A stretch of DNA of 64,000 nt from Candidatus Poribacteria bacterium (GCA_965222225.1 CBDCTK010000002.1:1600001-1664000), one strand, 5' to 3'. Counted from the first letter of the stretch, positions 42,577 through 54,034 are shown. Notes: generated from the sequence alone by a model not told the origin. Numbers and translations: made by a program.

Positions 42577-43620
42577 TAGGAGTTACGCAGTTGGCTGAAG
42601 CGTATAAAGAGGTTGTGCCAAATAAGCCCGTACCGCATCTCTGACAATAGAGAGTTTTGCATCAAACCAACTGATACCGGTATGATAGCAATAGTGCTCA
42701 ATTCTCAGAAAGGCTCTCAGCGCTAAACCGATATGATTTCTTTGAGTGCGAGCAGAGCGCACTTGTGCGCGTTCAATGCCAACAAATTGCTTAATCCCGC
42801 GATGATATTCTTCTATTGTCCAAGACCATTCGGCATATTTGAGACGCGTCAATTCGTCCATCTGTAAATCATTCGTTGCCCAATATTCAATGTCACCTTC
42901 TGGAGTGTCAACCTTAAATACTCGAATCAATCCATAGCCTTTGAGATGGACAATTGTACCTGTTGATTCACTCGGAAGCGTACTCACCGGACGGTTACCG
43001 GAATAATCTTTACTGACAAGTCGGTTGGCAGCTAGACGAGTAAGCCACTTCCAACCATGACCTCGCACCGCTTTTAGATTCTTTAGACTGGCATACCAAC
43101 TATCAAAACACACACATTCAGGAGCAAAACCGCGTGTTTTCGCTTCTTCAAGCATGGCGCGGAAATGCTCATTCTTCGTCAAGCCGTCTTTGGCTTTATC
43201 ATAGATTCGATAATCACACGGAATATGTCTATCGCCATCCGTCCGGAGCAAAGTGACCAAGTTAATCCCATTCACAACTCGGTGGTGTTTCCCTGACCAG
43301 TGTTTTGTCACGAGTTCAATCTTTTGTGAATAAGGTTTATCCAGAGTCGAGTCATCTATAACTAAAATTCCGGATTCTAATTTCACCTGATTTCTCGATT
43401 CTTGCCACAGTTTGCCAGTATCGGGTTCCTCTCGATGCAAGAGCCGTGTTATCGAATCGTGAGCCGGAGGATTATCAGCTTGGGGTTGAACTTTTTCCGA
43501 TTCAAGACAACTGTAACTTTTCTGAGCGGCTACCAAGAAATCAATATAGTCAGTGTCAGTATATTTAGGGGGATTCATACTCAAATTATAACCTATTTTC
43601 ACTCAACTGCGTAACTCCTA
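42577..43620 (-). mobile_element. IS701-family insertion sequence, apparently intact
   Basis: Perfect 17-bp IR TAGGAGTTACGCAGTTG and 5-bp direct repeat TGTAT at 42572-42576 and 43621-43625. Confidence 0.93.
42583..43578 (-). CDS. IS701-family DDE transposase
   Basis: LVIDDSTLDK, FDSWYAS and WTIEEYHRGIKQ motifs; uninterrupted ORF. Confidence 0.92.
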   Translation of the reverse strand: MNPPKYTDTDYIDFLVAAQKSYSCLESEKVQPQADNPPAHDSITRLLHREEPDTGKLWQESRNQVKLESGILVIDDSTLDKPYSQKIELVTKHWSGKHHRVVNGINLVTLLRTDGDRHIPCDYRIYDKAKDGLTKNEHFRAMLEEAKTRGFAPECVCFDSWYASLKNLKAVRGHGWKWLTRLAANRLVSKDYSGNRPVSTLPSESTGTIVHLKGYGLIRVFKVDTPEGDIEYWATNDLQMDELTRLKYAEWSWTIEEYHRGIKQFVGIERAQVRSARTQRNHIGLALRAFLRIEHYCYHTGISWFDAKLSIVRDAVRAYLAQPLYTLQPTA

Positions 43621-43698
43621 TGTATTTCGGATCGCTCATTCTGTTCCTCCCTTGAAAACCTGCGGACAAATTGTCGCCGGCAAGAATGCTGTGGGGCG

Positions 43699-44805
43699 TT
43701 AATCTTTGATTCTCAGACGTACCCAACGGGTGTGCGTGACTCCCGCAGAGGTGCACCAGAAATAGGTCATTAGGTCGCCATCGGGTAACAAGACACCGCC
43801 AGGTTTACCGAAACCGATAAGCAGATGTTCAGCCAGAAAGTTCTCGCTCTCAGGTGTGCCGAGTGAAGCTTCCGCCCCGGCGTCAAAGACTACCAGTTCG
43901 TTCTCTACGTCATACGTCTCCAGATCATCAGTCAATGCGATGCGGATGCCTTGGGGATCGTGTCGGAAATTATAAATGGCGGCCACCCGCCCGTCCGACA
44001 ACGCGATGGGACAGCACACCTGACCACGCAAATTCGTGGGGCGAGGATGCGACCATGTGCGCCCGGCATCTTTTGAAATTATCCAATGGTTGTTCGCATC
44101 TTCAGAGGTGCCGTATTTGTGCACCCAGAACATGCCGTAGATGCTGCTGTCCGGACGAATGGTGCACGTCAGATCCCACCACAAGAGTGCCCCGGAGGGA
44201 TCATCCGCGATGACGGTGAATTCTCCCCATGTCCGCCCGCCATCCGCGGAAAACACCGCCGCGGCTTTTTGATCAGGAGCACCTGTGTATCCTTCCGGTT
44301 TCCAGGTCTCCAGTGGGTACATCCACCGATCCGGTGCAAGTTGCTCGACCCCACTGGTGCCGTTGCAGGTATATTTCTCGGGCGGCAAATTCACGGGAAC
44401 TGCCTGCGGCGCCGACCAAGTATGTCCTTGGTCTTCCGACCAAAATAGGAGCATCTCCGGACGCTGAAGGATTTCCGACTCCGGGTCAAATAGTTGCTTG
44501 TTGTTTGCCTCGAACCGAGTTGCAGCCATCATCAGTCTGCCATCAGGGGCAACACTTATCTTCGGTGCTCGGTAACTCCAGTTGTCGCCGGGATGCCCAT
44601 CGCCATGGATGCTGCCTTCGTTAACCCACGTCCCGCCACCATCACTGGAACGAAGCACTTCAATGTAGTTGTCCTCTGACGCCAAGGCGGCGCCCACGTG
44701 TTGACAGGCAATGAGCGTTCCGTCCGGCAACGGAGTGATAACCGGCATATAGGCGCCGCGTCCCGGCTCGCGTGAAATAATGCCCTCGTCGACAATTTCT
44801 AGCAT
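43699..44805 (-). CDS. Sialidase-like BNR/Asp-box beta-propeller protein
   Basis: Four Asp-boxes (SSDGGGTW, SEDQGHTW, SADGGRTW, SKDAGRTW) and an AGGAGG RBS. Confidence 0.85.
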   Translation of the reverse strand: MLEIVDEGIISREPGRGAYMPVITPLPDGTLIACQHVGAALASEDNYIEVLRSSDGGGTWVNEGSIHGDGHPGDNWSYRAPKISVAPDGRLMMAATRFEANNKQLFDPESEILQRPEMLLFWSEDQGHTWSAPQAVPVNLPPEKYTCNGTSGVEQLAPDRWMYPLETWKPEGYTGAPDQKAAAVFSADGGRTWGEFTVIADDPSGALLWWDLTCTIRPDSSIYGMFWVHKYGTSEDANNHWIISKDAGRTWSHPRPTNLRGQVCCPIALSDGRVAAIYNFRHDPQGIRIALTDDLETYDVENELVVFDAGAEASLGTPESENFLAEHLLIGFGKPGGVLLPDGDLMTYFWCTSAGVTHTRWVRLRIKD

Positions 44806-44873
44806 CAATGTCCTCCTAAACAATTGACCTCAGGCACACAGTTGACTGCCTCATATGCGTCCCGTTGGATAGT

Positions 44874-46169
44874 CTATGTCTGCTCGCTTGGTGAGGGCCC
44901 ATTTCTTCTGTTAATTACTGCTCCGGTTAGCGGATGAATGCCATCATTTAGGAAAGGATCTCTCCTTGCTTCCATCCATCCTCCCAAGCGTTCCCTCATT
45001 GCCGTCAAGATTTCTTGGCGGGTGGCATCTTTAGCTAGGCTGTTGGTTTCGTTTGGATCGAACACCAAATCGAACAGCGATTCCTCCGGTACAGGTTGAT
45101 CCTTCCAGCCATAATCTAACCATAGGGATTTGCTCTCGCCATCGTCACAGTTGCGAAGAACCGGAGTGCAATGCTCGTCGAAACGCTTAATATACTTCCA
45201 TCGATCCGTGCGCACAGCTCTCACAGCCTCATAAGCGGCATGGTCGTTGAGCTCAAAGAATAGTTCGTCATGCAACCTTGTAACCTCTGTGCGAACCAGA
45301 GGCAGAAGCGATTTACCTCGCAGCCAAGGCGGGGGTTCAATTTGGAGAAGGTCGCAAACCGTGGGGAAAATGTCGAGATGGCTGGTCATGCAATCGATAA
45401 CCTTGCCTGCGGCGAAGCCGCCCGGGCCGCGCATAATGAGCATGGTGCCAATGCCGGAATCATGCAGATTACATTTCATACGAGGAAAGGCAATCCCGTG
45501 GTCGGTCGTACAAATGACCAAGGTGTTATCCGCCGAGCCGCTTCGCTCCAACGCATCAAGTACAACCCCCATTTTTCGATCCAATTCTCGGGCACTAGCC
45601 TTGTATCTCGCCATGTCTTCCCGTGTTTCGGGTGTATCCGGAAGGGGTGAAGGAGGGAGACAGTAGTTTGGGTTCTCGGCTGAGTCTTGGAGAGCGGGGA
45701 ATTTCCTGTGAGTTTCATGAAAACCAACAGAGAGAAAGAAAGGGGTTTTGGGGGGTCGCTCTAGGAATGAAGCCGCCCGCTGCTCGTATTGGTCGCCTTC
45801 CAGACATGTGTCATAACCGATAATCTGCCACGCTTCTTCTTCGGCTGTACGGCTGGCAATATGCTGGACACCCGCTAACACTGATACATAGCCCTCTCGA
45901 TGTAGTGTATGAATGATGTGCTGTCTGTAGTCATTGAGCGAATATCCACGATGCGCCAGTCCTGTCATCCCATTTTCATGAGGGTAACACCCGGTCAACA
46001 GTGCCGCCCGGCTTGGACTACATGTAGGACTGACACTGAAATTCTGGCGGAACAAAACTCCTTCTTCGGCTAACTTCTGGAGACATGGCGTGGCAACAGT
46101 ATGGCCATAGGGTTGAATATACCGCCCCGTATCATGTGAATGGAGGTAAAGGATGTTTGGTCTATCCAT
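44874..46169 (-). CDS. Sulfatase (formylglycine-dependent, sulfamidase-like)
   Basis: PNIL..HSHD, CSPSRAALLTG and TTDHG motifs. Confidence 0.92.
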   Translation of the reverse strand: MDRPNILYLHSHDTGRYIQPYGHTVATPCLQKLAEEGVLFRQNFSVSPTCSPSRAALLTGCYPHENGMTGLAHRGYSLNDYRQHIIHTLHREGYVSVLAGVQHIASRTAEEEAWQIIGYDTCLEGDQYEQRAASFLERPPKTPFFLSVGFHETHRKFPALQDSAENPNYCLPPSPLPDTPETREDMARYKASARELDRKMGVVLDALERSGSADNTLVICTTDHGIAFPRMKCNLHDSGIGTMLIMRGPGGFAAGKVIDCMTSHLDIFPTVCDLLQIEPPPWLRGKSLLPLVRTEVTRLHDELFFELNDHAAYEAVRAVRTDRWKYIKRFDEHCTPVLRNCDDGESKSLWLDYGWKDQPVPEESLFDLVFDPNETNSLAKDATRQEILTAMRERLGGWMEARRDPFLNDGIHPLTGAVINRRNGPSPSEQT

Positions 46170-46318
46170 AAGCGCTTTTATCGTTGAAGCCCACAATCCC
46201 CTGGGTACGATGATATCAGCGTTGTCGCGGGCGTGATTCCATATCGTCCGCTGTTTTCACTCAACATCTTGGATATGAGTAGAATGCGGCAATTCTAATC
46301 TCGCAAATGGTTTGATTC

Positions 46319-46633
46319 TTAATCAATGTGGAAAACTTCGTTCAACTCCTTAGAACAGGGGCTATTGTCCGGGTTGGATGGCATAATATCGCACATGTAC
46401 GCCCACCATTTTTTACAAACCTCGGTCTCTGCGATACTTTGCCAGCGAGATTCGTCCTCAATCTCGACATACGCAAATAGTTGGTTAGTTTCCGAATGAA
46501 GGAAGATTGAATAGTTGTGCACACCGTGCGCTTTCAGCACAACTTGAAGCTCTTCCCAGATTGGATTGTGCCTTCGGCAATATTCCTCATGCTTGTCAGG
46601 GTCTACCTGCATGACCAGCGCTTTTCTAATCAT
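46319..46633 (-). CDS. rhaM: L-rhamnose mutarotase
   Basis: [23 protein letters not shown] and EVFH motifs. Confidence 0.93.
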   Translation of the reverse strand: MIRKALVMQVDPDKHEEYCRRHNPIWEELQVVLKAHGVHNYSIFLHSETNQLFAYVEIEDESRWQSIAETEVCKKWWAYMCDIMPSNPDNSPCSKELNEVFHID

Positions 46634-46861
46634 AAACCCTCCTTTAGAGAGCCGTCAAGCCAAAAAAGTAGAGACTGAAAGTGCGAAAATGTCTCAACAA
46701 CTTCTGAACCGGGTTCACAACAGGATACGACTGAAGTACTACCCCTCGTGCGCTGAGGCAGTATACGCAAACTAGACTGGGACTACATCCTGTTTCACAA
46801 CACGATGAATATAACGAAATCAGAATCCATTAGGTCGATACGTACTGATAGGCATAAGGCG

Positions 46862-47632
46862 TTAAGGAGCTACATCGCGAACGCATCGAAAACCTGCGTC
46901 GTCAAACGCGAAATCGGGAGAGAACCAGTTACGATTCGCACAGCGCAGGTAAGAATGATCCGTAGTACACCATGAACCCCCACGCAACACGCGCTCACCT
47001 CCAGAATCATGTCCTTTAGAATTTTGCCGAGGGCTTCGACTGTAGTCACTGCCATACCAATCTGCGCACCATTCCCAGACATTGGCTGCCATATTCATGA
47101 CGCCGTAAGGGCTGGGTCCGTCGGGAAAACTGGCCGCGGGAGCGGTATGTTGGTACCCATCGCTGCCGATATTAGAATTGCATTTTAAGCTATCCCACTT
47201 GTTCCCCCAAGGATATTCCCTGCCATCGGTGCCGCGCGCAGCCTTTTCCCATTCAGCTTCGGTGGGAATACGCTTCCCAGCCCATTTGGCGTAAGCATTA
47301 GCATCATACCAGGTAACGCCAACTACCGGCTGCTTCGGATGGTTATATTCTCCATCGTCCCAATACATCGGCGCTTTGTGTCCGGTTGCATCCATGAACT
47401 GCTGGTACTGCGCGTTGGATACTTCACACCTGTCGATATAGAAAGCGTCCAGAAACACCGTAATTTGTGGGTTCTCATCGTTGTACCCTTCGCCTTCCGT
47501 ACTACCCATAATGAACTCGCCGGCAGGTATAAGAATCATCTGTGCATCCTCCTGCCCGATGAAAGTAGGCGTACCGACCTTAGCACCTTCCGATTCGTCC
47601 AAACCGCTCGGCACAACTTGCCCGCGTCTCAT
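46862..47632 (-). CDS. FGE-sulfatase domain protein
   Basis: FIMGS, RIPTEAEWEKAARG, NVWEWC, RGGSW and GFRC motifs. Confidence 0.88.
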   Translation of the reverse strand: MRRGQVVPSGLDESEGAKVGTPTFIGQEDAQMILIPAGEFIMGSTEGEGYNDENPQITVFLDAFYIDRCEVSNAQYQQFMDATGHKAPMYWDDGEYNHPKQPVVGVTWYDANAYAKWAGKRIPTEAEWEKAARGTDGREYPWGNKWDSLKCNSNIGSDGYQHTAPAASFPDGPSPYGVMNMAANVWEWCADWYGSDYSRSPRQNSKGHDSGGERVLRGGSWCTTDHSYLRCANRNWFSPDFAFDDAGFRCVRDVAP

Positions 47633-47820
47633 CTTGTATGCTCCTTTGTCCTATTCCCGTTCGTTGGAAGGAGTGCTAAACTGTACAATAGATCCCGCAA
47701 GTCCGACTCGCTCCGAATTTCCAAATCCACAGCGCTCCATTGAACGATAGCTTGGATCTGGCAATCATCTTGCTGGAAAGACTGAGCATAAGTATATGGT
47801 ACACCAGATGTTGTTCCCAA

Positions 47821-49793
47821 TTAAATCCAAAAGATCGAGTTTCCCTTTTGTCCTGTCAATAGATCAATCAAGATCCAGAAACCGTTACACGTGAACTGCC
47901 CCAGGATCAAACCGAGAAACAAGGGACGTGCTCTTCGATAACCACCAAGACCTGCATATTTGAGGATACACGCCTTGATTAACCACGCGAGAAAAACGGT
48001 AAACCAGAGTCGATCCATCAGCCAAATTGGACCAATGACAAATCCGATCGGGTGGAGGGGCCACCAGAGAAACTGCGAGCGCAAGAACATCAGCAACCCC
48101 ATAATCGTCCCACCGATTCCCTGAATCCACCAGCCGAGCCAATTTACGTCCGGTGGCGACATGAGTAGTGTAACAATGTAGTTATATGGCGCCTTCGCGC
48201 CGCCGCCGAAAAACCATCCATTACCGTTAAGCCCACCATGCTTATACGACAACCAAAGCAACACACAGATTGACGAAATCATGCTAACAATTATGGATAG
48301 CATTATCGCCCAGAACAACGGGCGTTTGTTTCGGTCTGAATCGTCAACTACTTTCAATCCGTTTGCAGCAGATGCCATCACGAATATCCGCACATCGGCT
48401 GACCACACGTAAGTAAGCGCCATGCCGGCAACACCGGTGGCTCCCAATCGATTCGCCCCAAAACCCGAGATGACAAAGGAAGATCCTATTGTTGAAGCAA
48501 CTGCGACCGCCATTCCGCTTTCGACGACAATCCGCGTCAACCCAATGAAAATTACAAATACAGCAAACAGGAAAACCGCGACCATCAGAGCGGGGATGCC
48601 GCTGGCGTTTAACCAGATCCCCATAAAAACCAGTCCAAGAAGCATACCCCAGACAGATGCGCGGTAGGAAAGTATTTCGTCGGAATCATTGATGGTTTGC
48701 TTATTAAACAGCGCTTTACGCACAACCGCTTTTAGGTGGGCTTTTGCCGACCAAACCCCGCTACAACGAGCACAATCATGGCGCCCATCCCCAGGTGTTT
48801 GAAAAGCGGGGAAGGTGAACCGTAGATGCCCAAATTTTCAGTTACTCGATACCCGAAATACGCCATGCCGCCGCGTACCATCAAGCTGAGCAGATTAAAG
48901 AACCACATGCTGAAGGCGACATCCGGGTTCACCAGATAGCAAAAACCGAGCATGGGAAAACTGAATCGGAAGAACAGCGTCTCGGTGTTCTTGAAGATTG
49001 GGATGCTTTGTTCTAACTCTAAATGCGGGATGGCGGGATTGTAGAAGTGAAATCCTTTCAGGCTGGCTATAAGAAAAGCGATGCCGAAACCCAACCACAT
49101 GATTCGGTTTTTGAACAGGGGACTAAACACTGACTGTCCCCTTGGCGCTGCCATCTCCATCGGCAGTTGCGCAAGTGGATAGACAAGCCTCTCATGTTCC
49201 ATCCACTGTCGGCGCAGGATGACCATCATAGAGATCATCACCAAGTAAAGTGCCATGGCGAAACTTCCCCATACCAGCAGTGGCTTAATCCAGATCACCC
49301 AAGGAATTCCGTCTTCCCAACTCGGGAGCCCTTCGTAGAAGTATTTGATGCCTAGATTACTTTGTGGTGTCAGCCACGGTTTGATGTGTGGCTGGATCAA
49401 TTCCGCCCAGTTGTTTTCAGGCGTGGCAAAGTAGAATGGTGCGGTTATGATTGGCAGCAATTGTGCGCTGTAGCCCATCGTCGGAATGGCGCAGGCGACA
49501 ACCAGCATCATATAAACCCCTCTTAATTCCGTAACTGAGAGTGCGAAGCGGGAGTTCACGCGCCCAACGACAGCATTGATGATAAAAGTCAGGACAAAGA
49601 AAACAAAGATTGCCGCCGCAGTGCTGAAATCAATCGCCATGTAGGAGCCGTGAATCACCATAATGTTATAGGTAGTTCCGACACCGACAACCAATGAACC
49701 GACTACACCAACAGTGACGGCGCGGAATGTGCACGGGTTAGGGTCATGAGATAATTCAGAAGAGGGAACAGCAGGTTGGGGCGGCTTGTTCAT
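47821..49793 (-). pseudogene. Large polytopic membrane protein (DUF6785/DUF6784-like) split by a frameshift near 48755
   Basis: RRQWMEHERLVYPL, WWPLHPIG and KYAG...FLGLILG motifs. ORFs 48732..49832 and 47821..48723 join as ...WSAKAHLKAVVRKA with one added base. Confidence 0.75.
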
Positions 49794-50182
49794 GGCGATA
49801 CTGAGCGTAGCACAAATCGTAACTCCTGTCAAGATGCCAAAATCCTATACAATCCTTCTGTTTCTGTGAAATCTGTCAGAACCCCACGCCAACCAAATGC
49901 ATGGGATCGACCCATGAGAAAACCAAAGAATCGGGTAGGTGTTCGGCTCTTTAGAAGGTGTTGCACAAACATGTCCCAATCTCCTCTCAAGCCAAGCTCA
50001 AGATTCGAAGGCGATTCCCCTGTATAACCGATAGAATTTGCTTGTGCTTCTATAGCGAATGGGTTATCATCTCCCTAAGATGTAAAGTTGATTATCCGGA
50101 ATGAATCGCTGCAATTTCTGAGTAACTGTTTCTCCCAATTTTGGCACAAAAAACTTACATTCCCCATTAAGGAACCAAGGCT

Positions 50183-50968
50183 ATGTCTGAGTCTCAGAAA
50201 CTTACCGTCTTGGGTATTGGCGCCCATCCATTCAGATGCTTTTCCTAGGATAGGCGGAACTTTAGCAAAACATGCCAAGAGAGGCGATAACGTAATACTG
50301 TTATCGGTAACCTACGGCATCCATGTTCATACGGAGCAACTTCGTGACAAAAGTGTCGAGGAAATGAAGGATATTGTGCGCGAGAAGAGCACCGAGGCTG
50401 CGAAAATCCTTGGAGTTAAGGATTACCGGTTTTGGATTTCGACGACTCTCCCCTTGTTGCGACCAAGGAAACACTCATAGAGGTGGGTAAAGTTATTCAA
50501 GACTCCCGACCGGATATTGTCATCAGCGTACATTACCCGTTTAAAGAAGCTCAGCGGCGTCATGATCATGGTGAAACAGCCAGGATGATAGATCGCGCGC
50601 CGGTTTGGCGTCATCCCGATGTAGAAGCTCCTCACCGAGCAAAGACGATATACTACTCTACAATGGATTTCATTGGCAGCTTGAATTATCCGAAGCCCAC
50701 GCCGCCCGACATATACGTGGACATCACCGACACCAAGGAGCAGAAGATTGAGGACTGCATTGCATCGTGGGGAAGTGTAGCAGAGGGGTTTGACCCTGAA
50801 GAATATGCCGAGGATTCACGGATAGAGCACAGATTTATCGGACGTATTGTCGGTGTCGAATATGCAAATCGTTTTGATTCTCTGCGCGGCAAGAGAGTGA
50901 TTGAATACCTCACCCCCCGAAAACGGCGGACACGTTTTGGCAGTAGTGGCGGATTTTCTTCAGTTTGA
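50183..50968 (+). pseudogene. PIG-L / LmbE family deacetylase with two frameshifts (near 50231 and 50430)
   Basis: VLGIGAHP/SD, GGTLAKH, AAKILGV, RPDIV, HDH and YVDITD motifs spread over shifted frames. Confidence 0.8.
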
Positions 50969-51033
50969 GACTCACGATTGAAGAACCCCGTCTAATCTCA
51001 CATAATGCCTACTCGGAAAGGGACAAAAAAGCT

Positions 51034-51921
51034 ATGAATGTTAGAATTGGTAGTGCACCAGATAGCTGGGGTGTCTGGTTTCCAGACGATCCAAAACAGA
51101 CGCCATGGCACCGATTTCTGGATGAGATCGCCGAAGCTGGCTATCAATGGACTGAACTGGGCCCCTACGGTTATCTCCCTACCAATCTGTCTACGCTCCA
51201 ATCGGAACTGGACAAGCGTGACTTGAAAGTGTCCGGAACAGTTGCCATGGATCATCTTGAGGATCCGGCGTCATGGACATCATTGGAAGAACAGGTACTG
51301 GGTGCGGGCGAATCCTTGGCATTCCTTGGCGCTGAATACCTTGTGCTCATTGACGATGTCTATACCAACCTCTTCACAGGAGAACCGCAGAGGCCAAATC
51401 GTCTTAATGAAAGCGAGTGGAAACAATTAATTGATACTACGCACAAAGTAGCCGATATCGCGCGCGATCAATTTAGGCTCCAGTTGGTCTTCCATCATCA
51501 TGCTGATTCACATGTTGATTATAGTGATCAGATTGAGGCGTTCTTGGAACAAACTGATTCCAGCCGTGTGTCGCTGTGTTATGACACCGGTCATCATGCC
51601 TATCGCGGTGGCGATCCGGTGGACTTTATGCGCCGACATCACGAGCGGATTCCCTATTTGCATCTCAAGAGTATTGACGAGAAAATACGGCAAAAGGTCG
51701 AAACCGAAAATATTCCATTCGCTACCGCTGTTAGTATGGATATGTTCGTTGAGCCATCCGAAGGTGCGGTCGATTTTCTCGCATTCCGGGATGTGCTGCA
51801 TGACATCAATTACAATGGCTTTGCAATTGTTGAACAAGACATGTATCCGGCGCCGTTTGACAAACCATTACCCATTGCGAAGCGCACGCGCGCCTATCTA
51901 CGCGAGATTGGTATCGGCTAA
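51034..51921 (+). CDS. IolE-like TIM-barrel dehydratase/isomerase
   Basis: APDSWGVWF, ELGPYGY, DTGH, HLK and IVEQDMYP motifs. Confidence 0.85.
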   Translation: MNVRIGSAPDSWGVWFPDDPKQTPWHRFLDEIAEAGYQWTELGPYGYLPTNLSTLQSELDKRDLKVSGTVAMDHLEDPASWTSLEEQVLGAGESLAFLGAEYLVLIDDVYTNLFTGEPQRPNRLNESEWKQLIDTTHKVADIARDQFRLQLVFHHHADSHVDYSDQIEAFLEQTDSSRVSLCYDTGHHAYRGGDPVDFMRRHHERIPYLHLKSIDEKIRQKVETENIPFATAVSMDMFVEPSEGAVDFLAFRDVLHDINYNGFAIVEQDMYPAPFDKPLPIAKRTRAYLREIGIG

Positions 51922-52128
51922 TTTCCCTACAACGAGCAATCACAATCCAACCTTGGTTGTTCGCCAATCACGGTTAGTCAAGTGCCAAGGAAAATGCGAT
52001 TTTTCAATTGATGCAACATCTGAATTCTCCTTTCTACCTCATCAATTTAGTGTAGTAATCCGAAGTAAATCATGTCAATGTAATTCAGGACTGGTCAACC
52101 GGATTCCACCAAGGCGCGGCACTACTCG

Positions 52129-52515
52129 ATGTTGAAGTACCCGAATGGTGAGGTACTTGCCTGGGGGCTGACATTGCTGCGGCTAAAGTCCACGGGTGTT
52201 TACCATACGGAGCCGCTTCCGGTAATGACTAGATCAATCGAAGAATCTACGCTTGTGGAATCAATCATCGGAGTAATGTGGTTGATCGGCGAGTTCAGAG
52301 GCGAAGACGGCAGTTCTTACATGATGGTGGTGAATAGGAATTTCATCGAACTCGCGGTGTTGCAGTTGAAGTTTCGCAACACTCCTGAGGAACTTCTCGA
52401 GGTTTCTAAGCAGACTGGAAACCAGCAGTCTACTACGGGATATTCCCGGATGACAGGCAAACTTACACGAGAGTTTGCTGCTGGACACGGTTTACTGTTT
52501 TGCATTAAGGAGTGA
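52129..52515 (+). pseudogene. Probable C-terminal fragment of a larger protein
   Basis: Protein-like ORF (LKSTGVYHT, YMMVVNRN, AGHGLLF) with no RBS or clear N-terminus. Confidence 0.45.
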
Positions 52516-52610
52516 CTCGGTGCAGACAGGGCCTCGTGCCACAGGTCTGAACGAGGAGGCGCAACTCTTGTCAAGGCCCCCATTCATTGATAATACGCCG
52601 GGAATCCTAT

Positions 52611-53672
52611 CTATACTTCACCATCCCAATAACTCAGATCGTCTGACTTTCGGAAAATGCGTCCTGCCACATAGGGGAATATCTTGTCAGAATCCGGATA
52701 TTCGCTGACATCGTGCGTCAACTGAATTCCCACTGCAAGTAGCGTGCACGATACCTGGCCCTCGTTCACGAACTTGTGCGCTCCCGCCTGTCCGGGAGGA
52801 AATGCAATGAAATCTTCCTGTGTGACCGCGAGATTGCCGCGCGGGGTTTTCAACGTACATTTGCCCTCCATGACGTAAAACATCTCTTCGCCAAAATTGT
52901 GCAAGTGCATCGGATAACTCGCGTTGCCAGGCTCTAACCGTATGAGTCGATAGCCTAGATTCCGCGCCCCGATAAGGGGATCGATATCCTTATCCATGAA
53001 GTCGTACGGAGGAGGCACCTCTCTTTTTTTCCACTCAATCTCGTTGACATTCATTCGGTTGATATAGATATCTTTACGCCGCTCTAGACATTCTACCAAC
53101 TGTCGCCTTCCATCCTGAAGAACGGAATGCCCGTCACCAACAAGAATCGTGTCAAACGAGAGAGCAAGGAGCTTGCGGATTTCTAATGCCGCTTTTGCCG
53201 GATTTGCCAATTTGTCGTCCGCCAGCAACGAGAGATTTCCCATTGGTGCACCGACAATCAAATCCCCAGCCAACACGATTCCCTGTTCGGAGAAATAAAG
53301 TGCGATTTCTCCGTCACTCTTTCCGTACCTCAGATGAATCGCAGTTAAACCGGGCACAATCTCCTCCTGATCGGCCAGTGACCGATTAACCTTCGTAGAG
53401 AGCGCACCCTGGTCAGCTTCGTGAACGGCAATCTGCGCACCCGTAAGCTTGCGAAATTCCTCAGCTTGCCGTTCATGGTCGCAATTTGTAATGACAATCA
53501 ACTTTGCACCGCCAAGGGCAGTCAATTGGTTTAGATCCGAATCGATCATTGGAACGGGATCGATGAGGATATTGCCCTCCGGACGAACCCATAGATGTCC
53601 ATTAAAGTCAACTTGCCGCATTTCGCTAAATATTGACCAACTATAGATGTCGGAATACATTAGTTGCTTCAT
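52611..53672 (-). CDS. MBL-fold plus cupin domain fusion protein
   Basis: LIDP, TNCDHER, LAGD and VGDG in the N-half; HLHNFGEEMFYVMEG...AHKF cupin motifs in the C-half. Confidence 0.85.
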   Translation of the reverse strand: MKQLMYSDIYSWSIFSEMRQVDFNGHLWVRPEGNILIDPVPMIDSDLNQLTALGGAKLIVITNCDHERQAEEFRKLTGAQIAVHEADQGALSTKVNRSLADQEEIVPGLTAIHLRYGKSDGEIALYFSEQGIVLAGDLIVGAPMGNLSLLADDKLANPAKAALEIRKLLALSFDTILVGDGHSVLQDGRRQLVECLERRKDIYINRMNVNEIEWKKREVPPPYDFMDKDIDPLIGARNLGYRLIRLEPGNASYPMHLHNFGEEMFYVMEGKCTLKTPRGNLAVTQEDFIAFPPGQAGAHKFVNEGQVSCTLLAVGIQLTHDVSEYPDSDKIFPYVAGRIFRKSDDLSYWDGEV

Positions 53673-53788
53673 GAGAAACTCCCCTGTCAATTGACACTTT
53701 TAAGATGAAAAATTCAGCCGCTTCTGATACAATTCCCATTACGTTATTCTACCATCGCCCCGGTAACCTTCAGCGGACGGAGACAGCT

Positions 53789-54034
53789 ATGGATGAGTTA
53801 TTTTATCTAATAAATTCCGAGAAAGAGGAAGAAATCGGTTTAATCACGGACGGTCAGGTTCAATTCTTAATTGATAACTTGGCAGAGGAAGGAGTCGAAG
53901 ACCAGGAGTTCTACATTGATGAAGGCACATTGGAGTTTCTTGCCGAGAATGGCTGCGACGAAGAGTTGCTTTCGCTATTCGCCGAAGCATTGGAGGGCAG
54001 ACCGGATCTTGCTGTTTATTACGAAGTGCATTAA
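53789..54034 (+). CDS. Small acidic hypothetical protein
   Basis: 81-aa ORF with GGAG RBS and IGLITDGQVQFLIDNL..E...D..FYID pattern. Confidence 0.75.
   Translation: MDELFYLINSEKEEEIGLITDGQVQFLIDNLAEEGVEDQEFYIDEGTLEFLAENGCDEELLSLFAEALEGRPDLAVYYEVH

Larger units (their letters stand above)
41376..43639 (-). pseudogene. rhaI: L-rhamnose isomerase interrupted near codon 6 by an IS701-family element
   Basis: [27 protein letters not shown] and MIDQSHN motifs. Removing the IS plus one TGTAT restores [13 protein letters not shown] with a GGGAGG RBS. Confidence 0.9.
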
